A DNA stretch of 64,000 nt, taken from assembly GCA_041752695.1 (NCBI GenBank), contig JBGSVZ010000085.1, positions 64,001 to 128,000 of the forward strand. The letters are read 5' to 3'. Of the stretch, positions 39,774 through 49,351 are shown piece by piece. This DNA comes from Terrimicrobiaceae bacterium. Its GTDB lineage: Bacteria; Verrucomicrobiota; Verrucomicrobiia; Chthoniobacterales; Terrimicrobiaceae. Position numbers and translations under genes: made by a program. How positions within the stretch are numbered: the first letter of the stretch is position 1; every line of letters begins with the position of its first letter. Under the pieces are notes generated by a model. The model saw only the letters and a list, made by a program, of their open reading frames with translations, ran no database searches and was not told where the DNA came from.

Positions 39774-40748
39774 CTACAAGATCAGCATGCAATCGCCGTA
39801 GCTGAAAAACCGGTAGCGCTCCCGCACCGCCACTTCATAGGCGGCCAGCATCTGCTCCCGGCCGGCCATGGCGCTGACCAGCATGAGGAGGGTGGATTGC
39901 GGAAGATGGAAGTTGGTGAGCAAGGCGCCAACCCGTTGGAGGGTTTTTGGGGGATGGAGAAAAATGGCCGTGCTGCCCGCGTGCGACAGGATGGGTCCGG
40001 GGGGCTGGCTTTCGAGCACGCGGGCCGAGGTGGTGCCGATGGCAACCACGCGTGTGGCGGCGTTAATGGCACCGGCCGCCGCCGGGGAAATCTCGTAATG
40101 CTCCTCGTGCATCACATGGTCTTCCACGCGCTCGGCTTTCACCGGCACAAAGGTCCCCACACCGACATGCAAAGTGAGAAAAGTGTGAGGCACCCTGGCG
40201 AGCACCTCCGGCGTGAAATGCAGGCCTGCTGTTGGTGCGGCGACCGAACCCGGGGCCTGGGCGAAGACGGTTTGGTAACGAATGTCGTCCTCAGCGTCGG
40301 CGGCACGATTAAAATACGGCGGTATGGGCATCGCGCCGTAGGTGTCCAAGTCGGGCTCAGCCGCGAATTCCAACATCCGCTCGCCTTCCGGGAGCACGTC
40401 CTCCACGCGGGCGGTCGTGGCCGCAACGCGGACCTCCGCGCCGATCCGCATCTTGCGGCCGGGACGGACGAGAGACTTCCACCGCCCGTGACCACAGGGC
40501 TCAAGCAGGAGCATTTCGATGCGTCCATCTTCGGAAAAAAGGCGTGCTTTGATCACACGCGAGTTGTTCAAAACGGCGAGATCGCCAGCCTGAAGGTAGG
40601 ACGGAAAGTCTTTGAAGCGCCGGTGTTCGATTTCACCTGAATCGCGGTGCAGGACCAGCATGCGCGCGCCGTCCCGTTCAGGCAGGGGACGACTGGCGAT
40701 CAGTTCCTCCGGCAGGTCAAAGTGGTAGTCCGAAACACGCTGGCTCAC
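39774..40748 (-). CDS. queA: S-adenosylmethionine:tRNA ribosyltransferase-isomerase
   Basis: LPEELIA, YQTVFA, GSVAAPTAGLHFT, TNFHLPQSTLLML, YRFFSYGD. Confidence 0.97.
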   Translation of the reverse strand: MSQRVSDYHFDLPEELIASRPLPERDGARMLVLHRDSGEIEHRRFKDFPSYLQAGDLAVLNNSRVIKARLFSEDGRIEMLLLEPCGHGRWKSLVRPGRKMRIGAEVRVAATTARVEDVLPEGERMLEFAAEPDLDTYGAMPIPPYFNRAADAEDDIRYQTVFAQAPGSVAAPTAGLHFTPEVLARVPHTFLTLHVGVGTFVPVKAERVEDHVMHEEHYEISPAAAGAINAATRVVAIGTTSARVLESQPPGPILSHAGSTAIFLHPPKTLQRVGALLTNFHLPQSTLLMLVSAMAGREQMLAAYEVAVRERYRFFSYGDCMLIL

Positions 40749-40760
40749 GGAACACAGGCG

Positions 40761-43286
40761 TTAGCCCTTCACGCGCGTGAACCCGCACCGCTGGGCCGCC
40801 GCTCCGACGAGGTCGGCCACACGTTTTTTGAGCCGCCGGGCGCGCCAGGCGAGGACCCCGACCCAGATCAGATACGGAATCCAAAGCCAGATGTCGCCGC
40901 CGGGGTTCAGGATCTGTCGGTAGCCCAGGATGCCGAGCAAAACGAGATTCACCAAAAACGTCGTCGCCACCATGTGGGTGTCGAGTTGGACGCGCGTAAG
41001 GCATTTCGGGCCACCGTGATATTCGGTGACACTGCGAATTTTGATACCCCACCAGAAGCTGCCATAAACCTGGGCGTCCCAATCCTTCCAACCCGTGTCG
41101 GTGGAGTAGTTCCATCCCTCGGTTTCGAGGGCCTGGATGATTTCCGGGAGGAGGCGTTCGCGACCCTGGCCGTTTTCCGTCCAGTAGTTGAGTTTGGTGA
41201 TGCTGCCGTGCTGCGGGGTGAAATTTTTTTCCTCCGAGGCAATGACCGCCGGCGGCGTGCGCTTGAATTTCAGCCAGGTCGTATAGCGGGCCCAACCACG
41301 CGCGATCGGCTGCGCAAAGGCCAGGAACGCCACCAAGAGCCGCGCGCGAATCGTATCGTGGCGGGGCTCCAGCTTGGCGTGGATCATGTAGGAAAGCGCC
41401 ACCAGGAAAGTCCCGCCGAACATGAGATAAGGCACAATGCGCAAAATCGGCAGCGGGATGGACAGGCAGAAGATAAACACCGTCAGGACGACCCACTCGA
41501 CGCTACTGAGATAAGCCGCGATCTCGGATTGCGGTGTGGGGTAAATGGATTGAAAGAGCCCTTCACCAAAAACGCCGTGATAAATGACGGGCTTATTGAT
41601 GAGCCAGGTGAACCGCGGCGCGCCGTAGATCTGTCCCTTCCATTTCGCCGTTCCCGTGGGCCCGAAAAAAACAAGGTGTTTGAACCGTAAAAGCGACTCC
41701 GCCTCGCCATAACCTTCCTGCTGTTTGCGAAACGCATCGAGAGTAAAGCGCCGGTAATGCCAGACGATGGCAGAGGGACTGAACGCAATGACCTGGCCCT
41801 CCTGCTGCAACCGCCAGCAAAAATCCACGTCGTCACCGGCCTTGCGGTATTCCGGGTCGAAGCCGCCGACTTTTTCGAACGCCCATTTGTAAAAAGCCAT
41901 GTTGCAGCCCGGTATGTGCTCGGCGATCACATCCGTGAGCAAAACGTGATTCGGGCCACCCGGGGCCGCCGCCACACAAGCCTGGATCCAATCTTCGGCC
42001 GGCGGCGAAATGTTGGGGCCGCCCACACCCGCGTAATCACCGCTAATCAGCGTGCCCACCAGGTAATACAACCAGTCCGGATCCGCCATGCAGTCGCTGT
42101 CCGTGTAGGCAATGATCTCGCCCTTGGCCGCCCAGCCGCCGACGTTGCGCGCGTAGCTCAGGCCCTTGTTTTCCTGCCTGATGTTGACCACCCAAGAATG
42201 TTTTTGCGCGATCTCCTGCGTGTTGTCCTTGGACCCGTCGTCCACCAAAATGACTTCGTAGTCGGGGTAATTGACGTGCTTCAGCGACTCCAGGCAGCGG
42301 TCGAGCGTCTTGGCCCCGTTGTACGAACAGACAATCACCGACACCTTCGGATAGGAGGGGAGTTTCACCCGGTCGATCATCGGCTCGTCGCCGGAATAGA
42401 GTTCTTTGACCGCGAAATACGACTTCTTTGGTTCGCGATCGTAGGTCGTGATGCCAAAGGCCCAGTCGGTGATCTCAATGCCGTTGCACCACCATTCGTC
42501 CGTCCACGTATAGACAAAAGTCCCGGCCAGCCCGCCACGCACGACACTCTCCATGTGCCAGCGAAGCATCTCGGCCTGCTCCTCCTGCGGGTGACGCAGA
42601 GTGTCCATGCCGAACTCGCCCATGATGAGCGGCTTGTCCTCGGCCAGATTTTGCAGGCGGGCGAGGTATTTGTCGAAATCGGTTTGACGGTGCAGGTACA
42701 CGTTGAACGTGTAAAAATCCATGTTCGACGGCAGGAGGTACTCCGTGGGCGGGTAACTCGCGTAGGAAAAGAGCACGTCGTCGTCGGCATCCCGGCCGAC
42801 ATTGATCATGTTTTCCACAAACTCCGTCACTCGACGCACGCCATACCAGCGGACCATCAAACTCGAAATCTCATTGGCCACGAGATAGCCCATCAGGCCG
42901 GGGTGTCCGGCGTTGGACTTCACGTCAGAATGAACTTTCTCGAAAATCTCCCGTCGCCGTTTGTTTGTGCTGAGAAAATCGACATTCTGCCCCCACCAGA
43001 GCGTGACCATCACGCGGATGCCGTTTTCGTGGGCGAGGTCGAGGAACCATTTGGGGGGCGCGTGATAAATCCGCACGCCATTGATTCCGATCTCCCGCAT
43101 CATCGCGAGATCGCGCCGCGCTTTCTCCGGAGGACCCACATAAAATCCCGCCGCGTCCGGAGCGAACGTGCCGTAAGTGACGCCTTTCAGGAAAAACTTC
43201 CGGTCGCCTTCGAAAAAAAACTTGGCGCGCGTGCGCACTCGATGATTCACCGCGATACGGCTAGGGGAACTCGCAGAAGTTGACAA
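40761..43286 (-). CDS. Fused clan GH-A glycoside-hydrolase-like domain + GT2 glycosyltransferase + C-terminal TM region
   Basis: N-domain with ANE and GEFG; GT2 VDDGS, YTDSD, GCNMA, GDDVD, QQEGYG; hydrophobic C-terminus; start codon uncertain. Confidence 0.85.
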   Translation of the reverse strand: MSTSASSPSRIAVNHRVRTRAKFFFEGDRKFFLKGVTYGTFAPDAAGFYVGPPEKARRDLAMMREIGINGVRIYHAPPKWFLDLAHENGIRVMVTLWWGQNVDFLSTNKRRREIFEKVHSDVKSNAGHPGLMGYLVANEISSLMVRWYGVRRVTEFVENMINVGRDADDDVLFSYASYPPTEYLLPSNMDFYTFNVYLHRQTDFDKYLARLQNLAEDKPLIMGEFGMDTLRHPQEEQAEMLRWHMESVVRGGLAGTFVYTWTDEWWCNGIEITDWAFGITTYDREPKKSYFAVKELYSGDEPMIDRVKLPSYPKVSVIVCSYNGAKTLDRCLESLKHVNYPDYEVILVDDGSKDNTQEIAQKHSWVVNIRQENKGLSYARNVGGWAAKGEIIAYTDSDCMADPDWLYYLVGTLISGDYAGVGGPNISPPAEDWIQACVAAAPGGPNHVLLTDVIAEHIPGCNMAFYKWAFEKVGGFDPEYRKAGDDVDFCWRLQQEGQVIAFSPSAIVWHYRRFTLDAFRKQQEGYGEAESLLRFKHLVFFGPTGTAKWKGQIYGAPRFTWLINKPVIYHGVFGEGLFQSIYPTPQSEIAAYLSSVEWVVLTVFIFCLSIPLPILRIVPYLMFGGTFLVALSYMIHAKLEPRHDTIRARLLVAFLAFAQPIARGWARYTTWLKFKRTPPAVIASEEKNFTPQHGSITKLNYWTENGQGRERLLPEIIQALETEGWNYSTDTGWKDWDAQVYGSFWWGIKIRSVTEYHGGPKCLTRVQLDTHMVATTFLVNLVLLGILGYRQILNPGGDIWLWIPYLIWVGVLAWRARRLKKRVADLVGAAAQRCGFTRVKG

Positions 43287-43306
43287 GATTATCAGGCCGC
43301 CTGGAA

Positions 43307-43882
43307 TCAGACCGGCATCTTCAGAGCGGGCCCGACCATTTTGCGCAGCCGCACAATACCGCGGCGGATGCGGGCTTTGACAGTGCCAAGGGGTTCATGC
43401 AGTCGTACCGCAATCTCCTGCTGGGTAAGTCCCTTGAAATACGCCATCTCGATGGCTTCGCGCTGCTCCTTGCTCAGCTTCATCACGGCGGTGCGAAGGA
43501 TTTCATTCTCCTCGGAATGTTCCGCATCCTCCGTGGGTTGCCGGTCGGTCGTGAGCTCGGAATCCCCGTTTTCCTCCCGCGCCTCTTCCATGAGGCGGGA
43601 ACGGCGCTGCTGGGAGCGCAGGCGGTCGATGGCTTTGTTCCGGGTCATCGTGATCGCCCAGGTCAACGGTTTGCCGCGGGCCGGGTCATACATGGGAGCT
43701 TTTTCCCAAAGCATGAAAAAAACCTCCTGCGCCACATCCTCCGCATCACCAGGGTCGGCCAGGACTCGCAGGGCGGTGGAGTAAATCAGCCCGGAAAATT
43801 TGTCGTAAAACTCCGCGAAACTGTCGCGGTCGCCCACGCCAATCCGGCGAATCAGTTCAACAAGATCTTCCGTGGTTTCCAT
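43307..43882 (-). CDS. ECF RNA polymerase sigma factor (SigK-like)
   Basis: DAEDVAQEVF..LW, RNKAIDRLR, AYFKGLTQQEIA...PLGTVKARIRRG. Confidence 0.93.
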   Translation of the reverse strand: METTEDLVELIRRIGVGDRDSFAEFYDKFSGLIYSTALRVLADPGDAEDVAQEVFFMLWEKAPMYDPARGKPLTWAITMTRNKAIDRLRSQQRRSRLMEEAREENGDSELTTDRQPTEDAEHSEENEILRTAVMKLSKEQREAIEMAYFKGLTQQEIAVRLHEPLGTVKARIRRGIVRLRKMVGPALKMPV

Positions 43883-43991
43883 CGCGCGTTCATCGTAACT
43901 CCCGGACACGGCGGCTGTCATGTGAATTCTGGGGGATTCTTTCGCTCCCCGGAATGTTCCGACCCGTCTCTGGACACTTGCTTTTCGGCCG

Positions 43992-44169
43992 TTTCCTCAG
44001 ATGATGCCTGCTGATGAAAGCGCCGGGCCGCCCACCAGGACCCGACTCATGTCGGCTCCCCCTTTGGTCCACGCAGGTGGCCAGCCCGCAAAGTCGGACG
44101 ACGTGGACGGCAAGAGAAGTACCCTCGGTGAAGATAAAAACTGGCGCTGCATCAGGCGCAGCTCGGAAA
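43992..44169 (+). ncRNA. Candidate structured RNA, rod-like with a central bubble (6S RNA-like)
   Basis: Nested pairings 44005-44016/44150-44158, 44019-44026/44141-44148 and 44067-44073/44102-44108; hairpin 44042-44055; G-U pairs favour the + strand. Confidence 0.45.
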
Positions 44170-44178
44170 GGCAAGATT

Positions 44179-47100
44179 ATGAACAGATTCCTCGGATTTA
44201 TTTGCATGGTGGCGGCATTTGTCGGCCCGGTCGCGTTGGCGGGAGAAGCCCCATTGGTAGCCCTGTGGGGTCCGCCAACCGAAACCGTGGGCAAAAAGTT
44301 GGAGCCCAACAGCGCCGCGCACAAACTGGCGCTCATTAAAGGGGAAAAACTGAAGGGCCGCGTCGCCCGACTTGATGCCAAAAGTGTCCTTCCTCCCCGG
44401 ACCCTGGCGGCTCTCAAAAAGGGTGCCGGAGTCGAGTTGCCGACAGCCGTGGGAGAAAAACTCCAGGGCATTATCAATGTGGTATTGGAGGAAAAAAGCG
44501 GCTGGGTGCGAGTGGGGGGTGAGTTGAAGGGCCTTCGCAAGGGTTCATTTTCCTTCTCCACCAGCGGCAAGACAACCGGGGGCCGGATTTTGCTGCCCGA
44601 CGAAGGCGTCGCTTACGTCATTGAGCAGGAACATGATGGCCAATTGCTGCTTCGCGAGGTGCCCTTGTCGGCGGTGGTTTGCCGCCCCATGCCACCGGCG
44701 CCGGCTGAACCTCTGCGGGCCACTCCGGCGGGCGCTGTGCAAGCGCCACCGCTTTTAAGCAGCCGCCCGGCCGCCACGGCCGTTCTCTATCTGGACTTCG
44801 ATGGCGAAGTCGTGACGGACCCGGACTGGAACCTGGGAAACACCATCAACGCCCAGGCCCCGGATCTCACCGAAGTCGAAATCATCAAGATCTGGGAGCG
44901 GGTCAAGGAGGACATGTGGCCCTTCGAAATCGACGTCACAACCAATGTCAGCCGCTACAACAGTGCTCCGGTGGGCAGCCGTATGCGGTGCATTGTCACT
45001 CCCACCGACCTGGCCTCTCCCGGAGCAGGCGGGGTGGCCTACCTCAACAGCTTTGCCCGGGCAGGTCAGTCCGGCTTCACCTCGAATATCCCCTGCTGGG
45101 TCTTCAATTCTTCGGTGGTCGGAATCGCGGAGGCTGCTTCTCATGAATTTGGCCACACCTTCGGTTTGAACCACGACGGCGGCACCGTGGCCAACTCCCG
45201 CACCTCGGAGGACGGGGAGTACTATTACGGCTACTCTTCGCCAGCCCCGACCTGGGGACCCATCATGGGTGCCTCTTATGACCAGGACGTCGTTCAATGG
45301 TCAAAAGGGGAATACGATATCGCCAACAACAAGGAAGATGATCTCGCGAAGATCTCCAATTCCACCAACGGATTCGGCTATGTCACCGACGAAGCGGGCG
45401 AGACCATCGCCGCCGCCGCCAACCTGAGCGCGCCGGGCGGCTCGGTGTCTTTCTCCGGAGTGATTGCCCCGGCGGATGTGGATTGCTACCGCATTGATTC
45501 CGGCAACGGCACCATATCGCTTTCTTTCACGCCCGCGCCAAACTCTCCGAACCTCGACATTTCCGCGGAACTCCTGAATGCCGGCGGAATCGTTCTGGCC
45601 TCCTCGGGTTCGAATCAGGCCAGCCTCGCTGCCTCCCTTTCCAAAGCCGTCTCCCAAGGAACCTATTTCCTGAGGATCCGCGGAAGTGCCTGGGCCAATC
45701 CCCTCACCGGCGGCTGGTCGACCTATGGCAGCGTCGGCGAGTATTCGGTGAGCGGCAGCGTGCCAAACTTTGTCCCGGTCGATCCTCCGGTGATTACCAG
45801 CGGGGCGACGGCGGGGGGATTTGTGGGATTTCCGTTCTGCTACAACATCTCAGCGACCAATTCACCCTCCAGCTTCAGTGTGACAGGTACGTTGCCTCCC
45901 GGCATTTCCCTGAACTCCACCAGCGGACTGCTTTCCGGCACGCCCAGTGTCGAGGGCGTGTTTAATGTGACGATCAAAGCCACCAACTCGGTGGGAACCG
46001 GCTCCCAACCTCTCGAAATCACCATCCAATCTGCGGAAAACTTTACCCTCGGGGAGGCCGTGGATGCCCTTGGCTACGACTGGTCCACGGAAGGCGACGC
46101 CGGATGGTTCCCACAGACGGTGACCAAATCCGACGGCGAGGACGCTGCCCAAAACGGGGTCATCGGTAACAACCAAAGTTCCACGCTGGTTGTTCCTGTC
46201 ACCGGACCGGCGACGATCTCCTTCCGCTGGAAAACGGACTCCGAGTCCGGAAAAGACTTCCTCAGCTTCTTCGTCGATGGCCAGTTCCAGAACCGGATCA
46301 GTGGAAAAAATGACTGGATGCTGCGCAGCTACACGGTCGGAACCGGAACGCACACTCTGAAATGGACGTATGCGAAGGATTATTCGGTTTCTGTCGGAGC
46401 GGACGCCGGTTGGGTGGATACGTTCGCCCTCACCACCGCCCAGGCTCCGGTGATCACCAGTCTCGACGCCGCCGCGGGATCAGTGGGTCAGTTTTTCAGC
46501 TATCAGATCACCGCCGACAACTCGCCCGCCAGCTTTTCCTTCTCGGGCTCGATGCCACCCGGCCTCTCCTTGAATAATTCCACGGGAAAAATCTCCGGAA
46601 CGCCCTCCACCGTTGGCACCTATGACCTCACGATCTCGGCCACCAATTCCTCCGGCACAGGCTCGGCCCCTCTGACCATTACGATCTCAGACGCCTCGTT
46701 GTCCCTCGCCGAAGCAGTCGATGCCACGGACCTGGTCTGGAGCACGGGCGGCCATGCCGTTTGGAAAGGCCAGACGGTCACAACCTCCGATGACGAAGAC
46801 GCCGCCCAAAGCGGATTGACCGGAAACAGTCAGCAATCCTGGATTGAAACCACAGTCAACGGCCCCTCGACGGTTTCCTATCGCTGGAAAGTGGATAGTG
46901 AGTCCGGCCATGATTTTCTGCGTTTCAAAATCGACGGCGGCGCTCTCGCCAGCATCAGCGGCGAAGTTGGCTGGCAGTCGCGCACCTATGCGATTCCAGC
47001 TGGCTCACACGTCTTGCGCTGGAGTTATGAAAAGGACGAAACCATCTCGGTGGGTGCCGATTCCGCCTGGCTCGATACGGTGACCTTCGGGGTGCAAGGC

Positions 47101-47760
47101 ACGCGGGTCATTGCCCTGAGCGGTAGCATGGCCTTTGGCAATGTCCCGGTTGGCAACGCCGCGCAGCGCTCGCTCACCATCAGCAACTCCGGCGACCAGA
47201 CTCTGACCGTCAGCAGCATTAGTTTTCCAACGGCTTTCAGCGGAAATTGGTCGGGAACCATACCCGCGGGAGGTTCTCAGGTGGTGCCCGTGACTTTTGC
47301 TCCGACCGCCGCCACGAACTTCTCCGGGTCTCTCGTAGTTAGTTCCAACGCGACGGACGGGACCAACACCATCGCCGTCTCAGGCGCGGGAATTGCGAGT
47401 GGAGGAACCCCAGTCTCGGCCCAGGATCTGCCGAAGGCCATCCGGGATCGTAAGACCATCACCTCATCGATCATGGTGTCCGGCAAGCCTGCCAGTATGT
47501 CCCTTAATCAAATCAAGGTCAGTCTGGGCGCCACTCATACCTTTATCGGCGATCTCGTTATCAAAGTGAAACCGCCGAAAGGTGCCGAATTGACCATCCG
47601 CAATCGCGCCGGAGGCAACACCGACGACCTTGTCATCAGCAGCGAAACTTTGGCTTCCTCCAAGGTCATCAATCCCAACGGGGTCTGGAAGCTTAGCATC
47701 GAGGACAAAAAGAAGGGCGACGAAGGCACCCTGCAAAGCTGGAGCCTCCTCTTTCCCTAA
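44179..47760 (+). CDS. Secreted multidomain metzincin zinc protease (prodomain, catalytic, PPC-like, 2x[Ig-like + beta-sandwich], choice-of-anchor-D-like, proprotein-convertase P domain)
   Basis: Signal peptide; HEFGHTFGLNH; Met-turn PIMG; LPPG(I/L)SLN..TG..SGTP twice; HTFIGDL...GVWKLSIED...GTLQSWSL. Confidence 0.88.
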   Translation: MNRFLGFICMVAAFVGPVALAGEAPLVALWGPPTETVGKKLEPNSAAHKLALIKGEKLKGRVARLDAKSVLPPRTLAALKKGAGVELPTAVGEKLQGIINVVLEEKSGWVRVGGELKGLRKGSFSFSTSGKTTGGRILLPDEGVAYVIEQEHDGQLLLREVPLSAVVCRPMPPAPAEPLRATPAGAVQAPPLLSSRPAATAVLYLDFDGEVVTDPDWNLGNTINAQAPDLTEVEIIKIWERVKEDMWPFEIDVTTNVSRYNSAPVGSRMRCIVTPTDLASPGAGGVAYLNSFARAGQSGFTSNIPCWVFNSSVVGIAEAASHEFGHTFGLNHDGGTVANSRTSEDGEYYYGYSSPAPTWGPIMGASYDQDVVQWSKGEYDIANNKEDDLAKISNSTNGFGYVTDEAGETIAAAANLSAPGGSVSFSGVIAPADVDCYRIDSGNGTISLSFTPAPNSPNLDISAELLNAGGIVLASSGSNQASLAASLSKAVSQGTYFLRIRGSAWANPLTGGWSTYGSVGEYSVSGSVPNFVPVDPPVITSGATAGGFVGFPFCYNISATNSPSSFSVTGTLPPGISLNSTSGLLSGTPSVEGVFNVTIKATNSVGTGSQPLEITIQSAENFTLGEAVDALGYDWSTEGDAGWFPQTVTKSDGEDAAQNGVIGNNQSSTLVVPVTGPATISFRWKTDSESGKDFLSFFVDGQFQNRISGKNDWMLRSYTVGTGTHTLKWTYAKDYSVSVGADAGWVDTFALTTAQAPVITSLDAAAGSVGQFFSYQITADNSPASFSFSGSMPPGLSLNNSTGKISGTPSTVGTYDLTISATNSSGTGSAPLTITISDASLSLAEAVDATDLVWSTGGHAVWKGQTVTTSDDEDAAQSGLTGNSQQSWIETTVNGPSTVSYRWKVDSESGHDFLRFKIDGGALASISGEVGWQSRTYAIPAGSHVLRWSYEKDETISVGADSAWLDTVTFGVQGTRVIALSGSMAFGNVPVGNAAQRSLTISNSGDQTLTVSSISFPTAFSGNWSGTIPAGGSQVVPVTFAPTAATNFSGSLVVSSNATDGTNTIAVSGAGIASGGTPVSAQDLPKAIRDRKTITSSIMVSGKPASMSLNQIKVSLGATHTFIGDLVIKVKPPKGAELTIRNRAGGNTDDLVISSETLASSKVINPNGVWKLSIEDKKKGDEGTLQSWSLLFP

Positions 47761-47775
47761 CGGACTTGGGGGCCG

Positions 47776-47790
47776 CCCCATTTTCCGGGG
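47776..47790. promoter_or_regulatory. CCCC-N7-GGGG palindrome upstream of the LuxR cluster (putative operator)
   Basis: ccccattttccgggg, ~90 bp before ATG 47881; same spacing as 50272-50286. Confidence 0.35.
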
Positions 47791-47880
47791 AGCTGGAAAC
47801 TGCGGCCTTCCGAAAGTTTCCCAGCAAATTGGATTGCCGGGGCGCTCCAACTCTTGCAGAAATCTTCCATCACGGGGACC

Positions 47881-48554
47881 ATGGAAGAAAGAGGGATAGA
47901 CGAGGCTGACATGCGGGCAATCGTGAGGTTGCTCGGAGAGGTGGCCGCGCTTCCAGGGCGGCTGATGGAAAAGAAATCCAGCCTCCTGGATGGTCTTTGC
48001 GACTTCGCCGGGGCCTCAGAATGGCTGTGGGCTGTGTTTCGCAAGGCCCCAAGAAATGAAGAACGACAATGTCTTCTGGCCGTTCGTCGATGCGTGGAAG
48101 GGGGCCTTTGGCCGGCTCTTGCCGTTGATGCTCCATCCCTCATGGTCGAACCTTGCCTCCTGATTTATCTCCGCTGGCCGGGCCTCAAACCATTCTGGCA
48201 GAGCGTTTTCTTGCCGAAGATACCCTCAGCCTTATTGCCCTCCGCCGTGCTGTTTCCGACCCGCCCTTCTCGGACAGGGAACGACATGTGACGACCCTTG
48301 TTTTTGACGAAATTCCCTGGCTGCATTTTCGGGACTGGCCGCCTCCTCCTCTCCCCATGTTGTCCTCTCCCCGCCAACAGCGTATTCTCGACCTGCTGTT
48401 GAGCGGAATGAGCCGCAAGGAGATCGCCCACAAGTTGGAAGTGGCACCGGGCACGGTGGCGGGCTATTGCCGCGAGATTTATCGACGGTTAAGGGTCAAC
48501 TCCCAATCGGAACTCATCCGCCAGACCCGGCGGAAAAACCCTTCCTCAAAATGA
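47881..48554 (+). pseudogene. LuxR-type HTH regulator, frameshifted and internally shortened
   Basis: N-half DMRAIVRLLGEV...LLDGLCDF in one frame; C-half EIPWLH...SPRQQRILDLLLSGMSRKEIA...TVAGY in another. Confidence 0.8.
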
Positions 48555-49351
48555 CACCACCCGACGCCGAAGACTCCCGCCGCCTTTCCTCTGCCGATGC
48601 CCGCAGGATCATAGGCCTGGTGGGAGAAGTCGCTGCATGCGGAGGCGAGTTGGACGCACAGAAAAGCTTTCTCATGGAAGGCCTTTGCGCCCTCATTGAG
48701 GCGGATTCCTGGGCATGGGCCACCACTTTTCGATTTGAACCGAAAGAAGTGCCCTTGAACCCGGGATTCCTGTGCGGTGGATTTTCCGCCGCGGAGTTTG
48801 CGAAATACCAGGAAGCCCTAGAGCACCCGGATACGGCCATTCTGAACTCGGGCTTCACCGGGGAATTTCAGGAAAAACAGACGCATCTCACGCGGTTGCG
48901 GGATCAGATTGACAATACGGGATATTTTCTCAAATCCGCCGTCCGCCCCATCTGGCTCGCGGCAGGCGTGGAGCAGGTCATCCAGTCCGTCCGCCCGCGA
49001 AAAGACGGGGCGTTGTCGCACTTGGGATTTTATCGGAGGCCCGGACGCCCCGCGTTTTCTCCGAGGGAATCACGAGTGGTTCACATTGTGCTCTCTGAAG
49101 TTCCCTGGCTTCACGAAGCGAGGATGGCGTCCGATTTGGGGGCGACGGTGACCCACCTCACACCCCGCCAGCGCATCACGCTCAACCTTCTCCTCGAAGG
49201 CCAGCCCCGCCCTCAGATCGCTGACCACCTCGGACTTTCCCTGGATACCGTCCACGGGTACGTGAAAGGCGTCTTCCGCCAGTTCGGCGTCCACTCTCAA
49301 CCTGCCCTCATCGCACGTTTTCAGAATGGCGATGGCGGGGACATGCCATGA
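48551..49351 (+). CDS. LuxR-type HTH regulator with uncharacterised N-terminal sensor domain
   Basis: DARRIIGLVGEV; EVPWLH; LTPRQRITLNLLLEG..RPQIADHLGLSLDTVHGYVK; ATGA overlaps at both ends. Confidence 0.9.
   Translation: MTPPDAEDSRRLSSADARRIIGLVGEVAACGGELDAQKSFLMEGLCALIEADSWAWATTFRFEPKEVPLNPGFLCGGFSAAEFAKYQEALEHPDTAILNSGFTGEFQEKQTHLTRLRDQIDNTGYFLKSAVRPIWLAAGVEQVIQSVRPRKDGALSHLGFYRRPGRPAFSPRESRVVHIVLSEVPWLHEARMASDLGATVTHLTPRQRITLNLLLEGQPRPQIADHLGLSLDTVHGYVKGVFRQFGVHSQPALIARFQNGDGGDMP

Noticed and set aside
44014..44178. N-terminal extension of the protease ORF (similar extensions at 15086, 18051, 20512, 60616 and 23738-23965)
   Set aside because: Downstream ATGs give clean signal peptides or family-typical N-termini; the extensions cross repeats, neighbouring genes or the candidate RNA
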